DNA of 64,000 nucleotides from Monocercomonoides exilis PA203 (Eukaryota > Protista > Preaxostyla): assembly GCA_001643675.2 (NCBI GenBank), contig LSRY02000010.1, positions 1,612,001 through 1,676,000 on the forward strand, read 5' to 3'. Of this stretch, positions 11,494-30,300 are shown piece after piece. The position numbers and the translations under genes were made by a program. Each line of letters begins with the position of its first letter. Position 1 is the first letter of the stretch. A model generated the notes under the pieces. It searched no databases, was not told where the DNA came from, and saw only the letters and a list, made by a program, of their open reading frames with translations.

Positions 11494-13050
11494 ATAAGAA
11501 GAAGAAAATGAAAAAGAAGATAAAGAAGAGGGAGAGGAAGAAGAAGAAGAAGAAGAAGATTTAAATGAGAAGAAGAAGAAGAAGAAGAAGAAGATGATGA
11601 TGATGGTAAATGGATAGACCGAATTGATTAATTGTTGAAAATTGAGAAGATGAGTGTCAATTTATGTCAACGGAAAAATTCAATCGAATTTTCTTCTTCA
11701 GGTTTTTGTCTTTTGGAAAATAATAGCCTCTGAACCTTTTTCACTTTCAGCTCAATCCACTTTCTTTCTTTCCAACAAAAAATTGGAAATATAGAGCAAT
11801 TCCTTTTTCATTCCGTCTCTTTTTTTCGCTTCCCTTATTTCACAAAAAAATCATCTTTCCTCAAAAACTTATTCTTCTCCAAAGCACAATGCAAGCCATC
11901 TTCGATTTATCTTTAATTTCATCAATCCTCATTTCATTTTTCTTCCTTGCTTTTCTTCTTCATCTTCAAAGTCATCCTATCCTTCTCTCTTTCAGCATCC
12001 TGAATGAAAAATAAAAATCACTTCAAAAAAATAACCACAGTAAACCTTCTAAGCATTTTTTCAAGCAATTTTCTGTTTTTTATTCACTAGTCAATGCTTG
12101 TTTTCCTTTACAAAAAAATTCATTATGCCTTCGATTTTCAAGTGTTTCATCGTCTGATACTCAGTTTTCACTTCCAATCTTCTTTATCATGTGAACTTTC
12201 TTTATGAATTTGTAGAATAAACTCAATATTCTTGCAGATTAATAAGATATTCCACTTTTTGCTTATTTTCGAAAAGTTCCACAGGATTCCCCGAAAAAAG
12301 AGCATTTACAGATAATAGGCAAATACAACAATATGCAAACCAATTAGCTATCATTGACTGCAAGTTTGTAATTGCAAAAAGACATTCCTCAGAATAAGTA
12401 TTTCTTGAATTATGGTTCATAATATTTTCTTTCTTTTGTGAAAAAAAGAAATACATAATTAATTATTTCAAAAAACAGCCATACATTTTTATTCACTAAA
12501 AATTTGTGTTTATTGACTCAAAAATTTGAGAGAGATAAGAAAAAGCCAATTGACGTGAAAATATTCCACTGACTGACGTAACCATCAATTTTTCAATCCG
12601 TCAACCAGGCTTAGTTTAGGGTTTTACCGAGCAAATTTTTGGTTAGGGTTAGCCCTAGAAGAGATTTTCAAAATGAAAATGATATAAATAGTGGGTAGGA
12701 TCACCTTGGTACCATGATCTACTCCACTTGCCTCATTCTTCACAATTTCAACTTTTTTTTTAAAGTTCTTTTCTTTTCTTTTCTTATCATTTCTTTGTTA
12801 TCTTTTTTTCTTTTCATCTTTTTTTCAAGAATTAATAAATGGTTGGACAATGAGATGCAAAAGTTCCATATATCAAAAGGAATTGAAAAAAGATTGTCAT
12901 GAAAAATTAACAAAAGACATTAATCTTTTCTGAAAAAAGTTATATAATTATATTCTTAATAATTATCGAAAAACGAAAACTTGTGAAATTCAAGTTAAGC
13001 ATTGACTTAAATGCTTAATGATAGGTTCATTTTCTGTATTTGCTTCTCAG

Positions 13051-17542
<4,492 letters not shown>

Positions 17543-18376
17543 TTCATATTTTAAAGATTTAGATTTTTATTTTCAGTTTTTATTGTTTGCATACTTTCTT
17601 TAACATTTTTATGTGATATTTTGTCTTTGATGTTTTTCTCTTTCTTTTTTCGTTTCTTTTTAAAAATTTTTTTGTTTGGCACATTTTTTAAAATCAATTT
17701 TTAAAATATCAAGATCAAAGTTTTATTTTTGGTTTTGAACAGTCATGCGTAAGAATAAGAGAACTCTTCTTATTTTTTTCTCTCTTTTTTGAAATTATGA
17801 AAATAACGATAAGATGGCTTTTTAGAACCATAATCTAATATTTTTGAATTAGATTCGAATTTTCAGCAGTAATTCCTGAAAATCTGTCTTCAGAAAGATG
17901 AGTAAGGAAAACAAACTCGTGTACCCTCGGACTATAACAAAGCATTCGCTTTCTAGTGAAGTTTACAATATTTTTTTGAACAATTATTTTAATTAAACTT
18001 TTTTTCAAAACTGTTAAATACTTTTCACTTGAATAACACAAAATTGAAAAATAATAATTGTCATCAAGGGTATGAATTATTTTTGCATTTTATTTGCGTT
18101 AAAATTAATTTTCCTTTTTAGAATCGTCTTTGACTTTTCCAAAGCCTGGCGACAGAAAAAGAACACTCTCAGGCTTAAGACAAATAGCCAAAGATAGAGA
18201 CAAGCGTTTGAAATGAGTTCATTGCAATCTTTTCTCCAAAATTATTTTTTATTTTCAATTTTAAAGAGAATAAAGAAAAGGACGAAACAGTTATTGCAGA
18301 TGTAGCTTTTATTGCTGAAGAAACTGAGTATGACCATTCACAAAAAAAGAAAAAGCATCAGCACATTTCTGATCCT

Positions 18377-21300
18377 TTGTGCGAAAGCAGTACAATCATT
18401 CATACACAAAAAAAGATAAAAAGAAAGGAAATTTACGAAGATTTTTCAAAGAGTAAACCATCAAAGCACTTATCGAAAAAAAAATCAAGCATCAGCAAGA
18501 GCAGCTTTGTTTCCGAAAATAAAGAATATCCGCAGGATCCTGCATCTGAGATGGAATTAGTAATTGATAGAGCTCTTCAAGATGAGGAAATGAGACAGAG
18601 AAAAGGAATAAAGGCAAAGGAAATGAGCCAACCTCAAAAGGATATTGAGGCAAATGTGGAGTCAAACGAAAACATTGGAGGGATAAGATCAAGTCCATTT
18701 TTAACCAATGTTCCATATTTAACACACTCTCAATATGCAAATGGAAAGCAGCAGAATCCTGCAATTCCATTCACTTCTTCGTTTTCTCATATATCTCCTT
18801 CTTCTTCTTCTTCTTCTTCCGCTTCTCCTTCATCTTCATCATCATCATCATCAAAACAGCAAATGAATCCTAAAAACATCCACATTGCAAATTCTTCCAC
18901 TGTTCCCGCGTCTTTTGCACAGCACCTCGACATTTCCTTTTTGAATTCTTCATTCACTCAGCATCCAGACATGGTTCCTGTTGAATCGACTCCTCCAACA
19001 ACGCTAAAGGCAACACGAACAGAGCGAGGCAGATCGCTCCTCAGACATCTGCCTCCACCGCCTTTGGCTTTGGCAACGTCATCTTCTTCTTCCTCTTCTT
19101 CTTCTTCCTCTTCTTCTCATTCACCTTCTTCTTCTTCTTCTTCCTCTCCATCGTCCTCGCTAATCCAACTGAACGAGGCATCTTCGAATGTGTTTCTGCC
19201 TTCGACTCCTTCGCCTTCTCGCTCGAAGCGCCGAAAGAGCTCGCTTCCTTCCACAAAGCCACCTTATCTCTCACCTCGTTCTCAAAGCCCTTTCGACTTC
19301 CCAGCAACCCCTGCTTCCTTTGCTGAATCTTTCAGGCAAAGCTTTGAAAATGCTAATTTTCCTATTTCTTCTTCTTCTTCAACTTCTCCTTCTTCTCCTT
19401 CTCCTTCTCCTTTGGATTCATTCACTTCGCATTCTGCTCGTTCGTCATCTCTTCCAAGGCTGTCACAGAACTCACAACGAAGAAGGTCGCAATCACCTCT
19501 TGTCTCATCTCTTTTGAGATCCATTTCCAATTCACCTTCTTTTTCTCGCTCTTCTTCTCCTCGTTCTTCTTCTTCTTCTTCTTCTTCTCATTCATTCAGT
19601 TCTCAACCTCTCCGCACACCAATCACTTCACCTTCTCATTCACCTTCTCATTCACCTTCTCATTCGCATTCACTCACAACATCATTTCAGCAGCCTCCGC
19701 TTTGCGCTTCAATCGTCCCGTCTCCGCCACACCACGAAAACGCTCTTTCTTCTCCGCATTTCGCTTCCACCTCGCTTTTTGACCACGTTTCGCACACTTT
19801 GCCTCCATTTGCGCTGCCAACGACGAAAAGAAATGAGAATTCTTTGGCTTTTCCTTCAACTCCATTGCAGCCGTCTTCTATTTTGCATCGGTCGGGTAAT
19901 GTATCTTCGTATGTTTTGTCTCCTTCGCCTCAAAAACAAGAGAAGGAAAACGTGAAGTCATTGAAAGGAAGAGGGAAGCAAAGTCAAAAGCCATCTGATG
20001 AAGCAAAAGTTGATAAATCAGAAAAGCAGGAGCATCAGCAGCATCACAATCATCATCATCATCATCATCACAGTTCTCATAATCGGAATGAGCATCTCAA
20101 TGGCAAGAGAAGTTTACCGAATAAGGAAAAGAGCAAAACAAAGCCTTTGAATGAAAAAAGTTCTTTTTCAACTATTTTGCCAAAAGATGAGCAATATTCG
20201 AGTTTTGAAAAGTATTCTTCTTTTCAGACAGATCAACAACTGCCTTCTGATTTGTATCTGCCTTCCATTTCTGGTTCTTCATCAAGTTCATTTCTTTCTT
20301 CTTCGTCGTCATCATCTTCTTCTTCACCTTCTTCTTCTTCTACTTCTTCCTCTTTTTCTTCTTCCATCTTTCCCTCTTCTTCTGCTTCTTCTGCTTCTTC
20401 TGCTTCAGATGCCAGCTCTTCTTCCCCACCCCCTTCACAAACAGAGGATGAACAAAGCATTTTGGAAGAAGCACAAATAATAAAGTCGTCTTTGTCTTTA
20501 CTCACTTCACCACATCGTCTTTCGCATCATCATCTTCATCATCAACATAATCAACATCATCATCCTCACAAACAAAGCAATCATCATCGTTCTTCTTCAA
20601 AGAATTCTTCTGAAAGTTCATCTTCTTCGGAAAAACCTCCGTCTTCTTCTTCTTCTTCTTCTTCAATATCAGCAATTCCAAAAGAACATCATAAACACAA
20701 AAATCAAAAGAAAGAGAAGCAACAAGATGTTCATCATAGAAAACATCATCATTCAGAACACACTCAACAACCTTCTTCTGCTTCTTCCTCTTCCTCTTCC
20801 TCTTCTTTCCCTTCTCCTCCTTCTTCCTCTTCCTCTTCCTCTTCCTCCACCTCATTAGAAACACAGCCACTTCAGTCAATTTCATCCATCCTGCCTTCCA
20901 TTCACACACCTTCTATTCAACCATCACCACAACAATCCACTTCATCTTCTGCTCCGCTCTTATCACGTCAAACACCTCATCCTTCTTCTCCATCAAGTTC
21001 TGTACAAAATGAAAGGAATAGCAAAAAATCGACTTCTTCACAGCCAAATGACGATTCGGTTCCTGTTTCCTTTTCGCGTCCTTCGCTTTTTGGACGACTC
21101 CAACCTGTCAAACAGAATGAAATGAATGCAAACGATCCTTCAGTGAAAAAAGCAGGCTTAACTGCTTCAGCTTCAATTCCTTCGAATGAGGTCGAGATGA
21201 AAAAAAGTGAATTATTATTAGTTTCGAAGCAAATGAATTCAAATTCTGAGAAAGAAGATGTCAAAACGGAAGGTTCAGCATTGTCTTTAACAAAAATTGA

Positions 21301-24300
21301 AACTCCTTCAAAACAAAAACAAGAAACTCCATTGAATAATAAACCTGTCCAAGATGCTGATTCTTTGCCTTCTCAAAACAGACCTCAGCTTTTATTCAAC
21401 AAAACAGTTCATCCAACTTCTTCTTCATCTTCCTCTTCTTCTTCTTCGAAAAACAAGGAACAAAGAAAAGATTCAGATATTAAAGAGAATTCATCAAATG
21501 CACCTTCAATACAATCTTCATCATCGTCTTTATATGAACCTATTTCTCCTCTTCCTTCTCCGCCTTCTGCTCCAGAATTTTCTGAAGATAGCAAACAAAA
21601 AGATCTTCAGAATGAAGAACTTGGAGCTGATGATGAAAAGGATGAAGGAGAAAGAAACAAGAAAGAGAAAGAGAAACGAGAAAGCGAAGCAAAAGAAGAA
21701 GATGATGAAGAAGATGAAGGTGATTCTACAAATAACAAAGAAGACAACACGCTGCTAGATGAAGACGACAGCTTGCTTTCTTTACCATCGCTGTCATCAA
21801 CAGATTCAGATGCAACTGAATTGGAAACTCCGCCTCAGCCATTTGAAAGCGAAGAAAAGGAATTTGAAGCAAAAGATTCAGAGAAATTGAATGAAGAGAA
21901 GTTACAGATAAGCAATGAAACCGGAAAATTCATTTCTGAAGGTGTTAAAAAAGAAGAAGAGCCACAAACAAAGGACAATGAAACTTCTTCTGTTTCACCG
22001 CCATCGCAACCTTCTGCTTCTGCTTCTTCGAATTTCCTTCCTGTTTCACTTGCTTCCAAATCAGATGGGGAAAAAATAACACAACTTCCATTTTCGCTTC
22101 CACTTTCACTTCCACTGCCTCCACCTCCGCCTCCGCCTCTGCTTTCTCCTTTGTCTTATCATTATCATTCTTCAACAAATTCACCATTTTCGCCAAGTGT
22201 CACGAAGAATAATGTATTTATTTCTTCTTCTCCTCATCATTCGGAACAATTACTGTCTTCATCTAATTCACCAAAGATTTCTTCTCAAAACACAGAAATT
22301 GATCACTTAAGTGAACCTTTCATCGCAAAGTCTCCTTCATCAAGCTCTTTTCCTTTATTTCCAGTTCCCTCTCCTCCCTCTCCTCCCTCTCATCCGTCTT
22401 CTCCTTTTACTCCACATTCTCCACCCACTTCTTCTCCTTCTCCTTCTTCTCCACCTCCAATCCCACCATTGGATGATGATTATGACGATGATGATGAAAA
22501 TGACAATTTCGAAGAAAATAGCAAAGAACCAAAGCCAACAAAAGAAGAACCTTACCAAAAAGAAAGCCCAAACAAAACGCCAATTCAAAAATCTGATCAA
22601 AACGCAACAATTTCTGGATTAACGAAGCAACAATCACAAAAGACACAATCGTTATTACCTTCATCTCCACCTCCACCTCGTGTTCCTGTTCATCACTTAA
22701 AGGCACATACACATAATCCTTCACCTCTACGTTCATCTTCATCTTCTACTACAACTTCTCCTTCTCCTTCTTCTTCTTCTTCAAATGCTCTTCAATCTCC
22801 TGCAAAGCATAGCATTTCCAATGATATTCCGCCACTTCCTCGGCAGATTGTGCAGCAGAACCGCTACATGAATGAGCTGCGTTCTTTGGCATCTTCTTCT
22901 TCTTCTCCTTCTTCCTCTTTCTCTTCATCGCCTTCCTCATCTCCCTCTTCTTCTTCTTCACCTCAGCACAATCCTTCATTGTGTGCTATTCTTCTGAGCA
23001 GAATTCGTGAAAGACATGAAAAACTGGATGGAAACACAAAAGAAGTCGAAAATGAAGAGAAGCAAAAAAGAAAGAGTGACATCGAAGCAGTTGATTCAGA
23101 ACAGCACATTGGCATTCCAACAAATCAAGTAATAAGCAAAGGAGAAGACAAATCGAACAAAAAGGAAGAGAATGAAGATAAAAATGAAAAGAAAAGCAGA
23201 ATGGAAGAAGATTCATTGGATCTTGCTTCACCTCCTCCTTTGCCATTTGAAGAGAATTCTGAAAGCTCAATAGCACTTTTATCTGATTCTGAAGAACTTG
23301 AGGAGCCACCATTGCCTCCAACTTCATTTACTCCTCCTTTGTCTTCACCTCCCTCTTTACCTCTTTCTCCTTCTCCTTCTCCTCCTCCATCATCTCTTGT
23401 TGCATTGCCAGAATCGCCTTTATCTCCTATTTTGCTTTCTCCACCTTTTCCTTATTCCTCGCAGCCATCGCAAACGGATTCATTGCATCAACATGCAATT
23501 GATTCTCTTTCTCCTAATGCTTCTCTTTTAACCCCTCCTCCTCTCACTCCTCCTTCTCCTCCTTCTTCTCCTTCTTCTCCTTCTCTTTCTTCTCCTCCTC
23601 ATTCTCCTCTTCCTCTTCCTCTTCCTCTTCCTCTTCCTCCTCCAATTCAATCTCCAGTTGATTCTTCTTCGCTCTTATCCACTCCACCATCTGTTCCATC
23701 AACTCCTACAGAGAGCAAAAATGAAGCAGAATTGCCTTCTTCATCACATGATTTGGACACTGCATTTCTTCAGTCACCGCCTTCAACTCCTCCTCTTTCT
23801 CCTCCTCTTTCTCCTTCTCATCAACAGTCAAATTCTCCTTCAAAATTGATGGCTCCTTCTTCTTTTGTATCAACTCCTCAAAATATGCCTTCTTCTGCTT
23901 CGCAATCTGCATCTCAACCGCATTCAATAAGCACTTCATCACAATCAGTTCTTCAGCATTTGTCAGAAGAACCTGATGACACAACCGAATCTGATGAAAT
24001 GTTAACTTCTCCTCCTTTTCCTCCTTCTCCTCCTTCTCCTCCTTCTCCTCATTCTCCTCATTCTCCTCATTCTCCTCCTTCTCCTTCTCCTCCTTCTCCA
24101 CTTCCTTCATTGTCTCCGTTGATATCTCCCAACCGCTTCACTCACACAACAGCTGATAAATCTGATGATGAGGACATTTCTGCTTTATCTCCAAGTGATT
24201 CAATGAACAATGAAATATCACATACAACTTTACCAAAAGCGAAAAATCGTTATGAACTTGATGACGACGATGATGCAAATGATGAAGAAGATGAACAAGA

Positions 24301-27300
24301 AAAAGAAGAAAGTGATTTGTCTGTGAAAAAAATTGAAAAAGAAGGACATGTTGAAAGCGATTCTGTTTTGATAGAGAATTCTTCAATAGAGCAATTTCCA
24401 TTGGAAGAGAAACAGGACTCAAATGAAGGTGATTCCAATGAATCTGATTTGAATGAAAATGAAGTTCTTTTGTTACATCAGCCAGAAGATAACCTTTTCA
24501 ACGATCAGCCATCTGATTTTGTTTTGACTGAAAGTGATGTTTTGAAGGAGAACGAAAGAAGGGGATACAGCAGCAGAGACGAGGAAGGATCAATTCATTC
24601 AGAGGGAAATGAAGAAGAGGGAGTGTTGAATGAAAAGGCAAATGAGAGAAAAGGCATTGAAAATAATGATGCAACTGAAGAGTCAAGAAACAATGACTCA
24701 ATGGAAAAAGAAAAGACAGGAGAAAATGAGGAAGAGAATCTGAATAATAATAAAGAAGCATCAATCAAACATGATGGATCATTAGAAAAAGAAGAAGAAG
24801 AAGCTGACAAAAAGCCAGTGGAAGATGCATTTAACGGTGAAACCGAAGCAAAAGAAATGAAAAAAAGAAAGTTTACAGAAGAACCAATCTTTAACCGGGA
24901 AGAGGATGAACGTCAAATTAAGTCAGAGCCATCAGAAGAAGCAACAACTGACAAGAAAGAAGAAAAAGATGTTGAAGTTGATGAACAAGATAATAAACAG
25001 AAATGCAAATTGTCAAAAGAAGATTCAGATGAGAAGGAAGATGTTGCCAGTATGCATTCAGCCAGTGACAATGAAAAGAAAAGTGAAAAAGATGAAGCTC
25101 AAAGTGAATTGTCGAATGAAAAGAATGTTGAAATTGAAGATGAGCAAGAAAATGAAAACACTTCAACAGCAGAAGTTGAAAGTGGAATGGAAAAGGAAGA
25201 TGAACTGATCAAAGATGAAAGAAAAGAATGTGAAGAAGAGAAAAAAGGCAGTATCACTGAAACAAGCTCAATTCTATCTGAAAAGGAAGAAACTTCTGAT
25301 TCTCCGTCGATTGCGGTACAAAATGAAGCATCAAATGATGAATTCAATGAAAAAAGCCAAATGTCAGAAGGGAGTGAATCGGAAGAAAAAGATAATGAGG
25401 ATGTTAATTGTGGTAAAGAAGATGATGAAAAAGAAGACATCGCTGAAGATAATGAAACAAAAGATACAATTATCACAAAAGAAGAAGTTTCTGTTGAAGA
25501 AGGGAGCAATGAAAGCGAAAATCATTCAGAAGGACAACTAGAAAGAGAAAAGGAAGGCACAGAAATTAAGCAGAATGATGAAAATGAGAAGGAAATTAAA
25601 CAAGACATTGAAGAAACTGGAAAAGATAAACAGAACAATGAAAAAGAAGGTGATGAAAGTTTGAAGGAAACTGAAGAAAATTGTAAAGAAGGAGAAAAAG
25701 ATGAGAAAGAAGAAGAAGATCACAGAGCAACGGATGAAGATGAACAAAGAATGGAAGATGAAAAGCATTCAAAATGTGATCATGACGAACAAGAACGAGA
25801 AGAAAAGGGTGAAAGTGAAAAAGAAGAAGAGATTGAAAAAGATATTGTAAGCAATGAAGAAGAAGAAAATGCAGAAAAAGCTTGCCATGAAGAAAAAAAT
25901 GATCAAATCAAAGAATTTATTGAAGCTGCACATGATAGTGAAGATAATCAAAAAGAGCAAGAGGAAGAAGCGAAAAATGAAAAAGAAAATGAACAAAACA
26001 ACAAGCTTGAAGATGATTCGAAAGAAGGAGGAGGAGAAGAAGAAAAGAGCGATATAAATATTCAACAGAAGGAAGGTTCAAAAGAAGAACTGGATGAAAA
26101 ACGATCAGAGAATGGCAAAGTTGCAGAAAGCGAAGCACAAATTGAAAATGAAGAGAAAACAGAAAGCTCTGATGAAAGCGAAGAAGGAGCAAATAATGAA
26201 GATAGAAAAGAAAGAGCATTTGATAACAGTGAAGCATCAACCAATGGGTTTGTTGATATGAAAGAGAAAGAATCGCAAAAAGACAACAATATTGACATTC
26301 CTGTGAGCCAAAGTAAAACCAATCTTGAAAATGATGGTAAAGCATATAGTGAAGATGAAGACTCGATTGAAAAAGAAGACAAATGTTCTGAGGAAGCTGA
26401 AATGGATGAAAAAGATGAAAGAAAGGAAATATCAGTTTTAGAAGATTCTCAAAAAAGTGACTCGATGGTTGAAGAAGATTCGAAAGAGAAGAAATATCAA
26501 GAGAATGATAATGTTAGTTCACAGGAACCAGAAATGGATGAATATGTTAAAGAAAATGGATTAAATAATGAAAAGGATGAAAACAGTGAAATAACAGTAG
26601 ATGAAAAGAAAGATAAAAAGGAGGATGAGGGAGATGAGGAAAGAAGTGAAAGAGATGAAAAAGAGAAAGAAAAAGATGATACAGAAAAGAGAGAGATGGA
26701 GAAAGGGGAAGGAAATGATGAAGATGATTATCAAAACGATGAAGAAGCAGATAAAAGGAAAGATTCTGAACGAGAAGACGAATCAGAAATTGAAAGCGAT
26801 ATGAAGAAATCAGCTGAAATGGAACAAGATCCTCAACATTTTGAAGAAACGAACAAAAACACTGGAAAAGTTAAAGATGCTTCAAACGAATCAGAAAAAG
26901 AAGATATTGATAGCCAAAATGATGTTAATGATGAACAGTCTTTGAAAGAAAAAAACGATCAATGTGGAGTTGAGCAGGCAATGGACTATCCGCAGAATCA
27001 AAGTGTTTCTGTCATTGAATCAGAAGAAGAGGAAACTGATTTAACTTCAGAAACTAATAAGGAAACTGAGAATGTTAATAATAACCATGCGAATAAGAAT
27101 TATTCAAAGGAAGAAGATATTGTTGAAGAACAAGAAATCAAACAAAATGATAATCTGAATGAAAATGATGAAGAAGACAACGAAACAACGAGGTCAGAAA
27201 AGGATGAATCGAAAGAAAAAGATGTTGATGATTCAAAACAGAATTCAGAAAAGAATGAAACAGCATCAACTTCAGCTGATGAAATGAAAGATTTAGAAGA

Positions 27301-30300
27301 ATATCAAATTGATAATTCAATCGAAACTTCAATGAAAAATGAAGACTTTAAAGCAGATGAACCAAAAGAAATGGAAAAGGATTCTCAAAATGAAGAAGAT
27401 ATTGAAAAAGATCAAGATGATGAGAAAGAAAAAGAAAGAAAAGAAAAAGAAGAACAAAAAGAGTTTGAAGAACTAGTTTCGATAACTGAAGTGCTGGGTG
27501 ATGAAGTTCAAAATAATAAACTTTTGAATGAAGAAGAAGAACAATCTGAAAAAGGAAACTTGCCACTTGAAGAAGAATCGAAAGAAGAAGATAAATCGAA
27601 AGAAACGAAGGAAGATGAAAACATTGACGATATTCAACCAACAGATCAGAATCAAACGAACAATTCTCTTCTTCCAACATCCAGTGACATTGATGTTCAA
27701 AATGATAACAACACAACTGAATCAACCTTGTTTCCATCTCATTTGAAAAGTAGTGAGTCATCTCTTGCTGCAAAAGAGCCACAAGAAATCGAATCTTCAC
27801 TGGAAAATGGAATTCCTCTCAATTGCACTCACTCAATGACACCAGCTCCAGAAACATCAGCTCCTGGTTTAGTTTCAATTCCTTCACAGAGAAGCTTTTC
27901 AACACCTCTTTCCACTTCCACTTCTGCTTCTGCTTCTCATCTTCAGCCAGCTGTATCGGCTCCTTTGCAATCTGAATCTCAAAGTGAAATCCCTCCTGAA
28001 ATCAATAAAAAACCTAAATCTGCTTCTTCTTCTGCTGCTTCTTCTCAGCTCAGAGAAAGTGCATCGAATTATCAATCTCCATTCCATTCTCCAGTTGCGT
28101 TGCATCCAGCACAGCTTGCTGATAAACCAGAGCAATATGAAGAAGAAGAAGAAAAAGAAAAAGAAAAAGAAAAAGAAAATACGCATGTGAATGATGAAGC
28201 AAGCAAAGATGAGAAAAGACAAAAGGAAAATTCTTCGGATAATGTCAATATCAATTTCGAACATAATTCGCCATTTGAGAAAGGTACTTTTCCAATTACT
28301 GAGAATGAAAGCAATAATTGTTCAAAAGAAGAACAAGAAGAACCAAAAAGCTTTTCAAACGCAAAAAAGCAAGATTTCAACGAAATTGATCAATGGCAAA
28401 AACAAGACACAGAAAATGACATTCAACAGCCTTCGAAAATAAATGCAGGCGATTTGCTGCTTTCTCATCATTCGAACTCTGCTTTTTCTCCGATTCAAAA
28501 AACTTTCAGTCAAGAACAAGAAGAGAAAGATAAAGAAGCTGAGGAGAAAAGTGATAATCTCAGCTCTGACAACAAAAGTGCAGGAAATTCAACGACAAAG
28601 AATGAAATAAAGCCAACAAAGAGCAACAAAGTGAAAATTGATTTGCATCCAAAGAATTCAAACGAAAAAGTTGTTTGGGGGAAAGGAGAAAAAGAGGCAG
28701 AGAAAGAAGATACGAACAAATTGCGAGGCGTGAAAAATGTGACAGATGAAAATATTCAAACAGAAAGAGATGAAGACGAAACAAAAAGCAGAAGTGAGAT
28801 TGTTCATACTCCTTTCAGTTATCAAAGTAATTTGGACGAAGAGGAAAAGGAAGAAGGAGAAAGAGAAGGAGTTTATGATGATGGCAATGACGATGCAGAG
28901 GAAGATTTTGATGAAGCCATTGAAGGAGAATTAAAGAACAAGCACAGCAGCGATGACGATCTTGAAGACGATGAAGACGATTCGCTGCTGATGCAGCTTG
29001 TTTTGACGCACACGCCATCGCTGAGTCGAACGCAGAAGATTAAACAGCAGAAGCTCCGTCGATCAGTCACACTGCCATCGCCGGGCGAGTGGTTCACAGA
29101 CAGCATCGCGAAGGAGATTGCAAAGGCAGCGCCGAAGAAAGGGGCAGAATGGGCGAATGAAGAGACACATTCACTGAAGGAGAGCGAAACAGATAGGAAT
29201 GGAAATCAGACTGGGGATGAAGAATATGAGCTGATGGAGGCGTGGGAAGATGTGTTTTCACAGCGATCGCATGAGTCTAACAAGGAAAAGGAAAATAAAG
29301 TGACAGAAATGGAAAGCGAAAAGGAGCCTGAAAAGAAGGAAGAGGAGGAAATGAAAGAGGATGTCAAAGAAGAGGATGAAATTTTACAACCTGAAGTTTA
29401 TTCAACAGAAGTTATTGAACAACAACAACAACAGCAGCAACAGCAGCAACAGCAGCAACAGCAACCACAACAACAGCCAATAGCTGAAGAAGTGAGTGAA
29501 GTTAAAGAAGAAACAGAAGAAGTTTCTTCTTCATCATCCAGAAAAAGCGAAAAGGACGAAGAAATTGAGGATGAACAATTCCATTTTGATGATGAACATA
29601 AAGAGCAACCTCAGGACGAAAAGCTACAGGATGACAAAAATGATAGTAATGCTTCTATTCATTGTTCAAATGAGGAGAATTCGATGGACGTTTGGGGATT
29701 GCTTCGCGATCAGACAGGCAGTCCTTTGATTGACATTCACAAATTTGATAGCAGCAATCAAATTGAAGATGAGAAACAGGATGATTGTATTTTGAGTGAC
29801 GATATTATTGATCTTGTTGAGGAAAGAGCAAATAACAATAAAGAAAGTGAAAATTTCAATGAATCAAATGAGTCTGATTTTGAGAAAGAGGATGGAGAAA
29901 TTGATGAGTGCAAGAATGAAAAGGATCCAAAGGAAGTCGAAAATGAAATCGAAGACGATAAAAAAGAAAAAGAAAAAGAAAAAAAAGAGGAAGAGGAAGA
30001 AGAAGACGATGATTATGAAGAAGAAACAAGTGCGAGTCAATCAACCAAAGATAGTTCTGATGAAAGCGATGTCGTGATGGACAACATGGAAAGCTATGCC
30101 ACTGCTGGAGTTATGAGACTGCTCGAAGGAACAATCAACGTTTCGCAGTTTGAAGAGGATTCTCTTATGTTAAATGAAGATAAAAGAGATTCAACAAAAA
30201 CAGAGAAAGAAATAACATCAACGGAAGCAAAAGATGGAAACGAAGCGAAAAACTTATCTTCTGTTTCATTTGAAGGAGAACCCAGTTTAATACTCAGCAA

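Larger units (their letters stand above)
3342..12613 (+). mobile_element. hAT-superfamily DNA transposon, 9272 bp, with transposase and cargo
   Basis: TIRs taagcctgggtgac (3342-3355) and gtcaaccaggctta (12600-12613), 13/14. 8-bp TSD gtttaggg at 3334-3341 and 12614-12621. Clustered subterminal TGAC/GTCA motifs at both ends. Internal hAT transposase. Confidence 0.9.
3201..12732. mobile_element. 252-bp GG-terminal MITE (Merlin/IS1016- or MULE-like), split by the nested hAT; own sequence is 3201-3341 plus 12622-12732
   Basis: TIR ggcaaatggagaagatcctggtacc (3201-3225) matches the reverse complement of 12708-12732 at 22/25. 8-bp TSD tcattctt at 3193-3200 and 12733-12740. Internal TTAGGG-like motifs. 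Confidence 0.85.
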
